Notes: generated by a model from the letters alone, not told the origin. A stretch of 64,000 nt of DNA from Anolis carolinensis (GCF_035594765.1 NC_085843.1:65456201-65520200); one strand, 5' to 3'. Shown: positions 1 to 12,950, counted from the first letter of the stretch. Numbers and translations are program-made.

Positions 1-545
1 AAATGAAGCTTGTATATTTTCTGTGCCTAAAAATACAATTTCCATGGTAAAAATTATCGGCCTAAATCCCATTAAATCATCTCATTTAGAACAAATTCTC
101 TGATTAAATTGTTCAATGGTGAATTAATACGTAAGGAAAATCCATTGATTCAGTAGGTCTACTTTAGTTGAAATTGACCAATAGGATTATCTTTCTTGCT
201 CGGCCACAATTCTGGATGCAATCTTCTAGGCAGCCTTTCAATGTACTGGTAAATAGATTTAAGGCCATACTAATTTAGTACATTGATAGTGTTCTTCTGA
301 CAATTCCCAACTGGCAATTTTGTAAGAACAAATCCATCAACATCTGACATGGTCTTCTTGGAAAAATTGCAAAAACAATTCAAAGTTGTTCTTCTTGTCT
401 GCCAAGGATGACAGCTCCACAAAGTTACCAAATCAACAGCTAGTGCTTGACTCCCCAATTGAATCAAATCTTGCAGTAAGATAGCAAATATAATGTCAAT
501 AAAGTTGCCTTTTGTGGGTTTTTAATGATTATATCCTAATGCAAT

Positions 546-651
546 GTTTTTGGCCTACAACTCCTAGAAATCCCAGCCAGTTTACCAGCAGTTAGGATTT
601 GTGGAAGTTGAAGGCCAAAACATCTGGGGACCCACAGGTTGAGAACCACTG
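546..651. mobile_element. hAT (Charlie-like) MITE, left end missing
   Basis: Right TIR GGTTGAGAACCACTG ending at 651; internal inverted repeat TGTTTTTGGCC..GGCCAAAACA; same family as 25657-25756. Confidence 0.75.
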
Positions 652-1109
652 CCTTAGGAGATGCTGGTGCCTTGACATATCTGTTTTATGCCAGCGCTGG
701 AGTTGCTCAATATACCTTATTATCCAAATCTCATGCAGATGTTCAAATATGACAAAATTAAGGACTTACGAATAGGCTTCAGGACTGCATTCATTCACCT
801 TTTGATCCTCTTCCCTTGCACTCCATTCTCCCTACCCATTTATTTTCAAACATGAGCTTGTATAATGTAGAGTTCAAAACCACTGGATGCCTGAACTGTA
901 TTGGGAAAATGTGATAAGGAAAGGAGTTAAGCACTCCTTTTCTTTTGTTCAGCTTCCATCTCACTCCTAAAGCTGTCAGTGGTGGACATGCTCCAAAGAT
1001 CAAGAGGCCAGGTTTTTCCCAGAACCTACTGCAAGCTGAATAAACTTTCCAAAATGAAAGTACAAGTGTCCAGAAGTGTCCAGAAGTTTGCTATGAAATT
1101 CAACTTTGA

Positions 1110-1215
1110 ACGAGAGACCTTTAGAGCCCAGGTCATCAACAGCACCCCTGACACTGCTCCCTTAATTGAATCAATCCACCTGTAAGATGGCCTTCCTCTT
1201 TTCCTATTGCCTTCT
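1110..1215 (-). mobile_element. RTE/BovB-like LINE, 3' ORF fragment
   Basis: Minus-strand translation EGNRKRGRPSYRWIDSIK resembles the RTE C-terminal EG.R.RGRP..RW.D.I motif. Confidence 0.7.
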
Positions 1216-2733
1216 GCTTTTTTTGGTGGGTGAGTCAAAATAAGATGTGAATGAGAACAGAACGTTTATAAAACAAAGAATTATTTCTCCTTTTTTGTTC
1301 AAATTTCTGTAGTGGGGAACCTTTGGAGTTCCAAAAATTGGTTGCCCTCACTTTAAAGCATTACTCTCACAATTGGACTGTGCGCTTTTCTGTTTAACAT
1401 TAATTGAATCCTGTCCTGTATCTATCTAGAAGTATTCACCCCAGTGAATTCAATAAGACTTCAGAATAATCATGAGAAGAACTTCAGAGTAAGACATGAA
1501 TAGCCATCCATACTTTTCCAGATACATTTGGTCTCAGTCGAGGATTCCTTCTGCTGAATCACACTTTCTCTCCTAAAAGTGATTTCAAAAATTTTAAGTT
1601 CATAACCAAACTTTGTAGTTCTCTCAAAATAGCAATACGAGACTGAGGAAGAAACATCTATTCTTAACCTAGTTTTGCATTAAAATATTCTACTCTAGTC
1701 CTATTTACAGTCATTTAGCAAAATGCTGTCTTGTGTGCATATTTCCACAAATGGACCAGAAAGATAACCTACTTTTTAACCAATAGCTTTGTTCCTAGTT
1801 GCAATATATTTTATTTCAGACCATTCAAAGTAAGAGACAAATTGCATTATGATGAATGAAATCACAATCTATCTCTTTCCATCTTCAATCTATAATTGCA
1901 TATAGACAGAGATATTTAACATAAGCTCGATTTCAATATATATTGTAGTCATATACCCTTCCTGCAATTCATTTCAATATATATTATCAGTTAATCATTG
2001 AACTGTGGCATTTCATTTTAGTTTCAGAGCAATAAATGTCTTATTAATAGCAGGAAAGTTGATAGTGAACAGCATCTAGGATTTTAGTTTACAATTAAAC
2101 TGGAGATCTTAGAGATTGATCTATCTGTTCTTTGCAGGATTTCAAATAAGCTAGTTATGTCGAGAATTTGCATGTGCATATACAAGAGTAAATGAGCATT
2201 TAACTAGCCACTGTAACCCAGTAAGCCAGCCGTCAGTTATGGGGAAAAGCAAAAGATATTTGGGGTCAGAATAATATTGTACTGCCAGATGAACCAAAGG
2301 TATACATTGATAATTTGGGCAGCACTAATGCACTGGCAACACAGCTGACCTGAGAATTTTATTGAGGTGATAGACAAGATACCCATCTCATTTCCATTCC
2401 ATACATAGAAATCAACTGGATTGGCTGCTGACTCCTATTTCAACACCATCAGTGAGTTAGTATTCTTCATCACACCAGCAGCAGGCAAAGTGCAGGACAT
2501 TTTATTCTAGGACACAATGGGCACTGCATACTAGTTTGCCCTTCAATAGAGGGGAACAGCTGGAAAGCTCAAAAGGAACAGCCAAGGTACCTCTACAGCT
2601 GTCCCCCAGCATCTGTCACCCAGGGAGAATGATTCACTTCTCCTAGTGACAGCGCCAGTTCTGCCTGGTCACCCGTAGCATACTTTGTTGAGCAAAATGC
2701 TGTTTGTTGAAATTGTTGAGCTTCTCAGATATA

Positions 2734-3580
2734 GGGTGCATCTGCCCTGCAGAATCAATACTGTTTGATACCACTTTGATTGCCATGATTCAATACAATA
2801 GATCATGATAGTTGTAGTTTAGTGAGGCACCAACATTATTTAGCAGAGAAGGCCACCTATGCTCTAGATCCTTGCCCATCCTGGCTAATCAAACTTGCCA
2901 AGGAGGGGATGGCCAAATGGTTTATGAGAATCATAAATACATGCCATCATTCCTTTAAAAAGCATTAGTACGATCCATCTTGAAGAAAGATCCCTAGATC
3001 CATAAATGCTTAATAATTTTCGGCTAATTTCTAATCTCCCCTTCTTGGGCAAGGTTCTGGAGCATGTGGTGGCATTGCAGCTTCAGAAGTTCCTGGATGA
3101 GACCAAGTATCTAGAGCCAGCACAGTCTGGTTTTAGGCCTGGCCACGGAACGGAGACGGCTTTGGTTGCCTTGGTGGATGCCCTCTGAAGAGAACTAGAC
3201 AGGGGGAGTGTGCCCCTGTTGGTGCTCCAGGACATCTCAGCAGCTTTCGATACCATCGACCATGGTATCCTTCTGGGACGGCTCTCTGGAATGGGTATTG
3301 GGGGCATTGCTCTGCAGTGGCTCCACTCCTTCCTAGAGGGTCACTCCCAGTTTATGAAGCTGTGGGTCATATGCTTGGACCTCTGGCCTTTAACTTGTGG
3401 TTCCTACAAAGTTCTATTCTATCCCCCTTGCTTTTTAACATCTACATGAAACTGCTGGGTGAGGTCATCCGGAGTTTTGGAGTTGGGTGCCATCTGTATG
3501 CTGTATGTTTGGTATTGAATGTTTACCATGTGTAAACCGCACTGAGTCCCTATGGGAGATAGAGCGGTATATAAATAAAG

Positions 3581-3611
<31 letters not shown>

Positions 3612-3655
3612 GAGACTTTGAAAAACTCCAGCTCCCATGATTTCATTGAACCAGT
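2734..3655. mobile_element. PIF/Harbinger-type MITE split by an L2 insertion (parts 2734-2853 and about 3611-3655)
   Basis: Starts GGGTGCATCT like the intact copy at 61822-62009; ...CAGAGAAGGCC resumes after the L2 tail as GAGACTTTGAAAAACTCCAGCTCCCATGA, matching the uninterrupted copy at 37621-37828. Confidence 0.65.
2853..3611 (+). mobile_element. L2 LINE, 5'-truncated and internally deleted
   Basis: RT motifs LDPCPSW, NFRLISNLPFLGKVLE, QSGFRPGHGTETAL, DISAAFDTIDH, LSPLLFNIYM, CHLYA; then the L2 3' end (TGTAAACCGCACTGAGTCCC..GCGGTATATAAATAAAG) and a (GTT)n tail. Confidence 0.9.
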
Positions 3656-3659
3656 AAAC

Positions 3660-3840
3660 AGTCAGGCATTATTTCCTGGAGTATGGGCTTGTTTGATCTT
3701 CTTGTGGTCCAAGGCACTCTCTGAATTTTCCTCCAACACCACAGTTCAAAAGCGTCTTTCTTCCTTCACTCAGCCTTCCTTATGGTCCAGCTCTCACATC
3801 CATAGGTTACTATGGGGAATACCATTGCTTTAACTATGCT
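3660..3840 (-). mobile_element. RTE/BovB LINE fragment
   Basis: CTCCAACACCACAGTTCAAAAGCGTC..CAGCCTTCCTTATGGTCCAGCTCTCACATCCATA is the antisense of BovB-like YGCESWTIRKAE..DAFELWCWR. Confidence 0.85.
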
Positions 3841-5119
3841 TATCATCAAGCAATCTATGTCAGCACAAACCTAAAAGCAATAATCATGTGTATGGGATCA
3901 CAACTGATGGGCAGCTTAGCAGGAATTAGTGTCCTTAACAAGATGCTGTAGTTTTGATACCATATAAACTATATATTCCATGATGAGCAGGGTCTGAAAA
4001 TATACTCCATTTTTGTCTGTATAGTTGGTCTCTTTAATACTTTTAAATCTGATGTGCATTATCTGTGCATTCATCCTCAAGGCAAATGTTTGGCATTTTC
4101 CACAAGCATCACTAATGGGGTGGTTTTGTGAGGATTGGGCTCACACCAAAGTAACTCAAAGTTTTTTATGCAGTGTTGCAGCAAAAATGTATTGCTTTTT
4201 AATAGAAATATCTCTGTAGTTAGGTATAACTACAAAAAACATTTTACATGTCCTTTAGCAGTATACCCGCAAATCTAAAACTCTATCCTGATTTTTGAAT
4301 CTTCTAATGTACATGCATTTGCAACTGGAGTTGTCATTATTGCTCATAATCCACATGGCTTTGCCAACACATGCTACAAGCATACATTGTTGTTTTAATG
4401 CTTCTGTTTTTTCATAGTTGTTAATTTTGTCAAATTGCCTGTCATTTGACAACAATATTGTTGTATGGTCTAGTATGGGAAAAGGTCCATGGGGATGACA
4501 CCATGAGTTACCATCACTGGGTGATACCAACGCTAGTGATGCTATTAGCACTTACTTTATCATTATAGATCAGAGAACATAAACATGCTCCTATGTGTGT
4601 TTATTCAGGCCTGTTTTGCTCAATGAGACTTAATTCAAGGCAAGTGGACATACAATTTTAATCTCAATACCAAGACATCCAATATACCCCTAGTGGATTT
4701 GGTCTCAGAACAAAATTATTTCTACTGAATTACATTTTCTCTCATAAAGCAGGGTTCAATGTCAGAGATATTCTGGTACATGAAGTGAAGCTCAATATGG
4801 CAGTCCCTCGTATTTCATATACAAAAGCCAACTGGCATAGCTTTTGACTCATCCTTTAATGTGTTTAGTGGGAAGTATTCTTTACTATACTAGAAGGCAA
4901 CAGAGTGCTAAGGATAGACAGTAGGATAGCTTGTTCTTTTGCTGGCTTTCTCCAGCATTTCCTGAGCCAACTGCCTTTCTCTGCCCAATGTTAGAACTGG
5001 GCCAAGTCAAAGTGCTATGAGTAGCAGTCTCACTCCTGATTTCTGGATGTCTGATTCCATGGTTTCCAAATGTGTGTGCAATCCATCCTGCTTCAGATAT
5101 CCTTACACAATATATTTAA

Positions 5120-5329
5120 GGCCCCTTCCCACACAGCCATATTATCCAAAATATCAAGGCAGATAATCCACAATATCTGCTTTGAACAGAATTATCTAAG
5201 GATGCTTCTAGACAGGCCCTATATTCCAGAAACTGATTCGAGGTTTTGAGTCTGCACTGCCAGATAATCTGGGATAAATAGAAAACCTGGAATCAGATCC
5301 TGGGGTATAGGGCATGTCTGGAAGAGCCC
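5120..5329. mobile_element. Two nested Harbinger-type MITEs (outer left part 5120-5199, inner 5200-5329)
   Basis: Outer begins TAA|GGCCCCTTCC; inner has ends GGATGCTTCTAGAC / GTCTGGAAGAGCCC flanked by TAA and TGA. Confidence 0.65.
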
Positions 5330-6283
5330 TGAGTACCATGATGTCCCAATTCCCCTTAATCACAAGGAATCCCCTTTGTGTGATTAATATAGAGAAGGTG
5401 CTACTGTGAATGACCAAATCATTGCAAATATGCCTACATTTCACAGGAAGTGACTGTATTCTTACTGAAAACCTTAGGCCTTCCTTACTGTCCCCCAAAA
5501 TAAACTGATTTGAAGCTAATTTCATAAAAGGTTTATTACAGAAGCTCAATAGCAGGAAGCAAAATATTTATTATAATTTGGCAGTTTGTAATAATTAATA
5601 GTCTCAGGAATTGATTAAAAACCTTTATTTTTTTTCTTTTGCAAGACATTCTGTATGCCATGCAATATTGTGCATAAGTATGTTTTATCTCCAAAATAAT
5701 AAGAGATTTGCACCTTTAATGATGTTATATCACTTCAGTAACAGATAGTACCATACCTTCTCTGGGGAAGGACTAAATCCTTCTACTAGTGTTTAGAAAA
5801 ATGAGAAAGAGCAAAAGATCAGCATGAAGGTGTTATGAGGACATGGATATCCTCCTCCTAATCCACAGTGATTAGTAGCATATCTGCATTGATGCTACTT
5901 TGCATAAGAATATCATTTTGCCCTTGACTTTATCTCAAGCTAAACTTAATGGGCCAGGCGCATTTATTCATTTCAAACTGAGTTACATCCAAGATGAATT
6001 TGGTTCTCATGGACTATTGAAATGCAGGGCTGAATGCTTGGTTTTAAAAAGAAAGCAAACTGCATAATTGGAGTATTTAACTACAGCCTAGCAACTACTC
6101 ACAACTTTCTGTTACTTTCCCTCAAACCTTCACAAACTTAATTTTTGCTATCATTCTTGGAACTCTCCATTGTCCATGACTACGGGATTCTGGAAGTTTT
6201 CCACCAAAAAGAGATTTTTTTTTCAAGCTATGGGTTGTTGTATGTTTTCCAGGCTGTATGGCCATGTTCCAGAAGTATTCTCT

Positions 6284-6324
6284 CCTAACGTTTCTCCCAC
6301 ATCTATGGCAGCCATCCTCAGAGG
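6284..6324 (-). ncRNA. Minimal hammerhead ribozyme motif (degenerate stem II)
   Basis: Minus strand reads CCU-CUGAGGA-U-ggcugc-cauagau-guggga-GAAAC-GUU-AGG. Confidence 0.6.
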
Positions 6325-6396
6325 TTGTGAGGTATGGAGAAACTAAGCAAAGAAGAAAAGCCCAGGGTGACCCATACCTCACAACCTCTGAGGATG

Positions 6397-8380
6397 GGAT
6401 AAGTGATAGAATAAAAGTAATGAGAGGGACTAGGCAGGGATGCCCTTTGTCACCAATATTATTTGCAATCACAATAGAAATATTGGCAAATGTAATTAGA
6501 AATGACAATAAATTAATAGGGATAGGAAAAGAATCAGATAAAATTAGCTTGTTTGCCGATGACACAATTTTGATTCTAAAAGGAATAGCAGATAAAATGG
6601 AAATAATAGGTGAGCATATACGGAAGTTTGAAGAAATAATAGGGCTGAAAATAAACTGGAAAAAATCAGAAATGATACTATTTAACTACACAAAACAAGA
6701 AGACGAAGATTTCAAAAACCAGAGGGAGATAAAAAATAACTCTAAAAGAAAACATAAAATATTTAGGAATAGTAGTAACTAAGGACCTAAGTGAAATGGA
6801 AAGGAAAAACTTAGCGGCATTAAGGAAAGAGACAGAAAAAAGGTTAAATGAATATAACAATATACACTTGTCCTGGTTTGGCAGAATTGCCTTATTTAAA
6901 ATGAAAATACTACCTAAAGTAAATTTTATATTTAGAATGATACCCCATAAAATATCAGAAATTGCATTGAATAAATGGCAACAATTAACAACCAAATTTT
7001 GTAATAATGGGAAAAAGCAGAATAAATAAATACTATTGGTATAAACCACAAAAGGAAGGAGGACTAGGATTACCCGAAATTAAAAGTTATTATGAAGCAA
7101 ACCAGTTGAGACATGTGGTAGAAGGGATGCTAAATAAAGTGGATATAGACTGGATGGAAACAATTACTAAAGATATAGAAATGAGATTAGAAAATGTATT
7201 TTTAAGGAACACTTAAAAAGGGAAAACCAAATGGGAAATGTATCATTAAAAATGTATTAACAATATGGAATAAATATAAAAGCCACCTCATCAAAGAGAA
7301 TTCTAAAATAATGCCAGTGATAATGGAGGAGAAATTTCCTAAAAACCAAAAAAAAAAGTGACGGATAAGGAATTGAAAAGGAAGAAATTAGACAAAATTG
7401 GAAATTGGATGGAACAAATAAAGGAGAAAAACAACATAAAGGGAATATATCATGGCTCCATTAGGTCCAACTAGACCAGTGGTTCTAAAATTGGCAAAAA
7501 AGAACTCGGGGGGAAGAGAACCAACAAAATTTGAAAATATAATATTAAAAGAACAGACCAAAGAAGAAAATGAGTATCCGAAAGGGGTAACCAGTATGAG
7601 ATATAAAATATTAATAGAGATTAAAGGTGGGAGGAAAGGGATATTAACAAGGGAAATATGGGAGGAAGAACTGGGAATAAAAGTAGGAGAAAGAAATCGG
7701 GAAAAATTATGGAAAGCAAGATATCTCAAAAATGTATCAATTAGAATAAAAGAAAACTACTACAAGATAGTATGGAAATGGTATTTGACCCCAACAAAGA
7801 TACATAATATGGATAAGAGCTGCTCAGAAAAATGTTGGAGGGGTTGTCAAGAAAGGGGGACGTATATTCATATGTGGTGGGAATGTAAATATGTAAAGAG
7901 GTTTTGGGGAAGGGTCATAGTAAACATCATGAAGAAAAAAATCAATACAAACCCGGCAACTATACTATTATCTATTTATAATACAGATGAATGGAAAGAA
8001 AATGAAAAGAATTTGATAACTATGTTGTTAACAGCTGCAAGGTTATTAATAGCAAGAAACTGGAAAAGGTGGAAATTAAAATAGAAGAATGGTACAAGGA
8101 AATTTGGAAATTAGCAATAAATGATAAATTGACATGTAATTTAAATGTTAAAAAAGGCATAAGGAAGAAAAATTATTTTGAAAGTATACGGAAGAAATTT
8201 ATTGAAGAATCATTAAGGAAGAAATGACATTCTGGTGGGACTACAAAGAAATGGACTCTGGTGATGGGGAGCACAATGGGTAGCACACTGGGGGAAGGAA
8301 AAGAATTAATTATACGCATTGTAAACATTTTTTTCTTTTGTAACAGAATGAATAGAAATGTAATAAAAAATTAAAAAAAA
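6397..8380 (+). mobile_element. L1-clade LINE, 5'-truncated, frameshifted ORF2
   Basis: RGTRQGCPLSPILFAI, SLFADD, GGLGLP and Cys-rich CWRGC..GTYIHMWWEC; AATAAA at 8362 plus A-tail; 14-bp TSD AACCTCTGAGGATG at 6383-6396 and 8381-8394. Confidence 0.93.
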
Positions 8381-8382
8381 AA

Positions 8383-8423
8383 CCTCTGAGGATGCCTGCC
8401 ATAGAAGTGGGCAAAACATCAGG
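8383..8423 (+). ncRNA. Minimal hammerhead ribozyme motif, mutated
   Basis: CCU-CUGAGGA-U-gccugc..gugggc-AAAAC-AUC-AGG; two CpG-type transitions relative to GAAACGUC. Confidence 0.55.
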
Positions 8424-9969
8424 AGAGAATACTTCGGGAACATGGCCATACAGCCCGGAAAACATACAACAACCCTGTGATCCTGGCCATGAAAGCCTTC
8501 GATAACACATTTTCAAGCTATATTTTAACTATACTGCACAAACCACAGATATACTATGCTGTAAAGTAGTCTGTTTTCTTTTAAAATATTCTTCAATTAA
8601 TGTGGTATTGTAATGACTACCCATAAAACTTTTGGGGAGCAATTGCATCCCATAATGTTGCATTTTATAATATTTTGTGAAATGTACAATCAGCACAAAC
8701 ACATCTTGGGATCGCCACCCTTTCCCACAAAAATGCATGAAAATTCCTCTCCCATATGAAGTTTTCCAAGTATTCAGCTTATACAAGAATCTCTTCTCTG
8801 AATACTGAAACACAGTAACACAGAAGGCTCCCTTATACAAAGTCACATTAATGTTTTATGTAGTATAGTATTGTCAGCTTTGGCAACAACAATCCTGATA
8901 GTTTCCCCTTCCAAACTATATAATAGGTGGAGATAGGTGGCTTGCATAAAAAAACTGTGGTGCCTAACCACATTCCAGTTGCTTTTTGCTGTTGCTGCTG
9001 TTATTCAGTTTCACAGACTGTTGCCTACTGGAATTCCTTGCTGTAGCCAAAGCTCTCTTCTTCTCTATAATCAGGCTTCTAAAATCATCATCAATATCAC
9101 CAACATCATTCATACCTCACTTGCCCCCCAAGTATGAAAGAAGCAGTCTTTCTCATGCTTGGCCCACAGTATATTCTATCTTCCCACAGTGTTCACACAC
9201 ATCAGGTCCCAGCTCAGAGATGGAGCTGTCTTGTCCCTGTGCCCCATTGGATGCAGTCAAGCAGAGAAAATAGGTTTCTTGTCTCCTGTAACTACACAGA
9301 AAAAGATATATATTCTTCATGTTAGACATCAACCAATGGTTTTTTTTTATTTTAAAAGTGACACCAGAATTAATTGTTTATATAAACATACAACAAGAAT
9401 ACTTATCTGCTGCTGTGTAAGATCTGAAAAGTCAGACAAAAGCCATCCTGCTTTCCCTTTATTATACTAAAAATATTGTTCAGAATCCTCTTTAGCTTAC
9501 ATTCTTGTTTTGAAAAGCTATAACTTTCCAGGTGTACATCATGTTTTAGAAAGCCTATTGATATACAGCTGCATTTAGACGTCACATGTCATAAATTTGA
9601 CTGGGCACCAAAAGTAATTTAATCAAAAAAGTTCACATTGATGTCTATGGATTCCATTGACAGTTTGGACTCAAAGGTACAGACATATTTTCTGCTGCCC
9701 CAAAGGGCAAAATTAGGCTAAATTGTTTTGATATAGGAGGGTAAATTTCAATTGAACATTATAAGGGCTTTCTTGAGAGTAAGAACAGTTCAGCCACGAA
9801 ATCCATTCCCTAGAGAGCGAAGTCTTCAAAAAGAGTCTGGGCAGCTACCTGGTTGGAAAGCTCTAGTTGGAGATCTTCCATTGAACAAGGGTTGCACCCA
9901 ATGGCTCATGGGACTCATTCCAAATCTATTCTATGATTTATCCACTGCTGAGAAATTATTGGTTTAGAG

Positions 9970-10272
9970 CAGTGGTTCTCAAACTGTACTCCATGGAGTC
10001 CTTAGGGCCCTGTGAAGCACAGTCAGGGGCTCCACATGAGCTCCATGGCCTTTTGGCTCTCCCCTACCTAGGAAGCACTGTAGACAGGGTCCCCTTTTTG
10101 TGGGGCAAGGGAGGCTTCCTCCCTGTGCTTCCAAAGAGAAGCTTCCACAGTCCTCCCTCACTGCATGAGTGCTAAAGCAGGCCCTGATACAACTTCGGGG
10201 CCTCCCAGCTTTGAATGTGCTTTTACTGCATGTCAGAAACAGGTTGGACTGGGTGGCCCCCGGAGTTGCTTC

Positions 10273-10318
<46 letters not shown>

Positions 10319-10602
10319 GTTATTATTAATGCTGAATGGCCACTGGGGTCTTCATTTTAAATATTGTATTTCTTTCTTTCTTTTTGCACTACAAACATGA
10401 TATGTGCAGTGTGCACAGGAATTTGTGCATGTTTTTTTCAATTAGTTCACACAAACATTCTTCATCCATCTGCTACTGGCCCGGCCCATCTGTCAAATTT
10501 TAAAATGCAATGTGGCCATATGTCCAAAAATTTCTTACGGCTCCACGAGAAACATTTCCTTCAAAAAAGGGCTCTGTGGTTTTAGAAGTTTGAGAACCCC
10601 TG
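9970..10602. mobile_element. Non-autonomous hAT (Charlie-like) element containing a CR1 3'-tail fragment and (ATT)n
   Basis: TIRs CAGTGGTTCTCAAACT / AGTTTGAGAACCCCTG; 8-bp TSD GTTTAGAG (9962-9969) / ATTTAGAG (10603-10610); GGTTGGACTGGGTGGCCC resembles the CR1 tail at 29043. Confidence 0.8.
10273..10328. repeat. (ATT)n microsatellite
   Basis: Directly visible. Confidence 0.98.
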
Positions 10603-11705
10603 ATTTAGAGTAACAATGACAAAAACATTGGCTACTGACATACTGTTGGTGACATATGCAGATGTAAAATCAAATTATGTCTGCATATGTGCTTTTCCAG
10701 GAAGAGATATTACCATGTGAATAAGTTAGAATTGGTGCATTTAATGGCCTGAGGGAACATAGGGAACAGAATTGATGTTTTTGTATGTTTCTACAGAAAA
10801 AAAAAACATGAAAAGAACGTCATCCTTCAGTACCTCTGGAACACCCCCAAGTAGGTCATCACATTCTGCCTTGTAGGAACAAATCTGGGTGATCCTTGGC
10901 TGCCACTTCCCATATCTGACCACTAAATGGATGTGTTTCAGGTACAAAAAAAAAAGGCAAGTTCTGTGTGCAATGAGAGGGGGACAGGAGAGAGTTCTAA
11001 TTACTGGAATTTTGGAACTTTGTCCAATCCTGCATGATCTCAAGCATCTTTCTTCCAATCATTTTGGGGAGATATAAAAATAGAAATGTTTGAATTATTT
11101 AATATTACATTATGAACAGTCTATGGCTTCTGAAGGTCATTTCTCAAGAAGTTTTGAAAGCTCCTTGATTAATTTTGTTCAGTAGTGTTTGCTTAGCAGC
11201 TCTCTTAACAATATTGTTTTGAGATTGCGTCTTCCATATTACAAGAATCCACTTAATGATAGTAATCAGGTAAGCATGATGGAGACTTTATTTTAGTAAA
11301 ATAATATTTGTTCATATTTGGCTATGTGATAACATCATAAAGACTATTCAAAGTATGAACAGGAAGTATTCGTTAAGCTTTGGTAGTCATAGCTCAATGA
11401 TTTTGGGAGTTTACCCCTCCACACACACCTTTTCAGCAAGTTCCAAGAAACTACTAAAATGCAACCATTTTTCGTGGATGACAAAAATGTCATTGAAAAT
11501 TTTCCCCTGGGCCCTGTTTGATTTACAAGAAAATTATAATGCTTTCATAAATGAAGTTAAACCAAAGGGGTCTTAGCTTAAATCCTGTGAGCATTTATTG
11601 GTTAATCTGAACATCACAGAACTTTCAAATAGGTCAGTATTCATGTTAGGTAGAAGGCAAGACTGTGTCCAACCTATTCCAGCCTTTCTTGCACTCATGA
11701 AGGTC

Positions 11706-12155
11706 CTTTATTTATTTATTTCTCACATTTATATCCCGCCCTTCTCACCCAAAGGGACTCAGGGCGGCTTACAACAGTGGCAACAATTAGATGCCCATAC
11801 AAACCAATATAAAACTGCACATAAAACAGTTAAAACTATTAAAATACATTATGAATTAAAAATATACCTTTCAAACATAAAATCAGATCCATTCTTCCTC
11901 ATGCTTTGTCCATAGTTCAGTCCGTGTCATTTTCACCATTTATTGATTAAAAGCCTGGGCACACAGCCATGTTTTTAGGGCTTTTCTGAAGCCCAACAGG
12001 GTTGGAATTTGACGCATCTCTCTTGGGAGGGTGTTCCACAGCCGGGGAGCCACCACCGAGAAGGCCCTGTCCCTCGTTCCCACCAGCCGCGCCTCCGAGG
12101 CAGGTGAGACCGGGAGCAGGGTCTCTTCAGATGATCTCAGGGATCTTGCTGGCTC
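11706..12155 (-). mobile_element. L2 LINE 3' end
   Basis: RSLRSS..RAFSVVAPRLWNTLP..FRKALKTWL; L2 3' stem-loop and (TAAA)n tail. Confidence 0.9.
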
Positions 12156-12950
12156 TTCTGAAAGAGTTCGGGGCAAATTTCACTATTTCTTTTACACCAT
12201 GGATGATCTTTTTTTTAGAAGAAGTTTTGGAAAAGAATAGAAGATCCTGTTGGGACTAAAAACAGTCATGTCAGGAAAAAACATAGTGAAATTCCTCAAT
12301 GCCTATTAGGGAGCTATTTTGAAAAATAGACTAAAAGTTGTATCTGTCATTTTAATAACGCTTGCTTTTTCTCATCCTGGCTGTACCAACTAATGCAAGA
12401 CAGAGCAACTACAAATGAAAAACATGAAATGACTTTCCATTTGCATTTCATTTATTTTAAATTCCCATTTGTTTTTCTGTAAAATCAGATGAAACAAATG
12501 TGTCTGATTCATATTTTTATTGATATTTTGAAAATGAACATACACCTTTAGTGCCTTGCATTGGAATTCACATTTTAATGCAAAAGTGGGTTGGTTTGGT
12601 TTCTTTAGCAATCAGGAGGTATTTCTTCTCTACACAGCTACTGATTGGTTCCATATCTGTGCACTTAAAATGTAAAGGACTGAAGTCAGAAAGTGATTAA
12701 AAGAACTCTATTCGCACAAGTGAATTTTTCTGGCTTTCCCCCCTTGTGCATACCCCCAAAGCCACTCCTGGGTATTGAGTGCTCCTCCAAAATAATATGT
12801 GAGAGCTGAATCAGTTTAATCATATTGCATAGATTCAGTGGTGCTGCCATGCACAAATTGAAATACTTTTCTTCTTTTGTTCAGTATCTACAGATCCAAG
12901 AAAGAGTGGTGATAAAACTGCTATTTGTGGAGGGGCTAGTTCTTATTAAT

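Larger units (their letters stand above)
6232..8509 (+). mobile_element. Short fold-back (inverted pLTR) Penelope-like element, interrupted by an L1
   Basis: 6232-6350 is the reverse complement of the 3' region of the Penelope copy at about 39557-39675; the direct arm is 6372-6396 + 8395-8509; 12-bp TSD TTTTCAAGCTAT at 6220-6231 and 8510-8521. Confidence 0.9.

Noticed and set aside
6258-6782. 174-aa ORF with a novel N-terminus fused to RT motifs
   Set aside because: Chance read-through from the inverted Penelope arm into the truncated L1
8964-9113. 49-codon minus-strand frame MNDVGDIDDDFRSLIIEKKRAL..
   Set aside because: In-frame stop just upstream, no splice acceptor, no recognised homology
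10169-10400. Poly-Ile/poly-Leu ORFs (also 55088-55321)
   Set aside because: Translations of (ATT)n microsatellites
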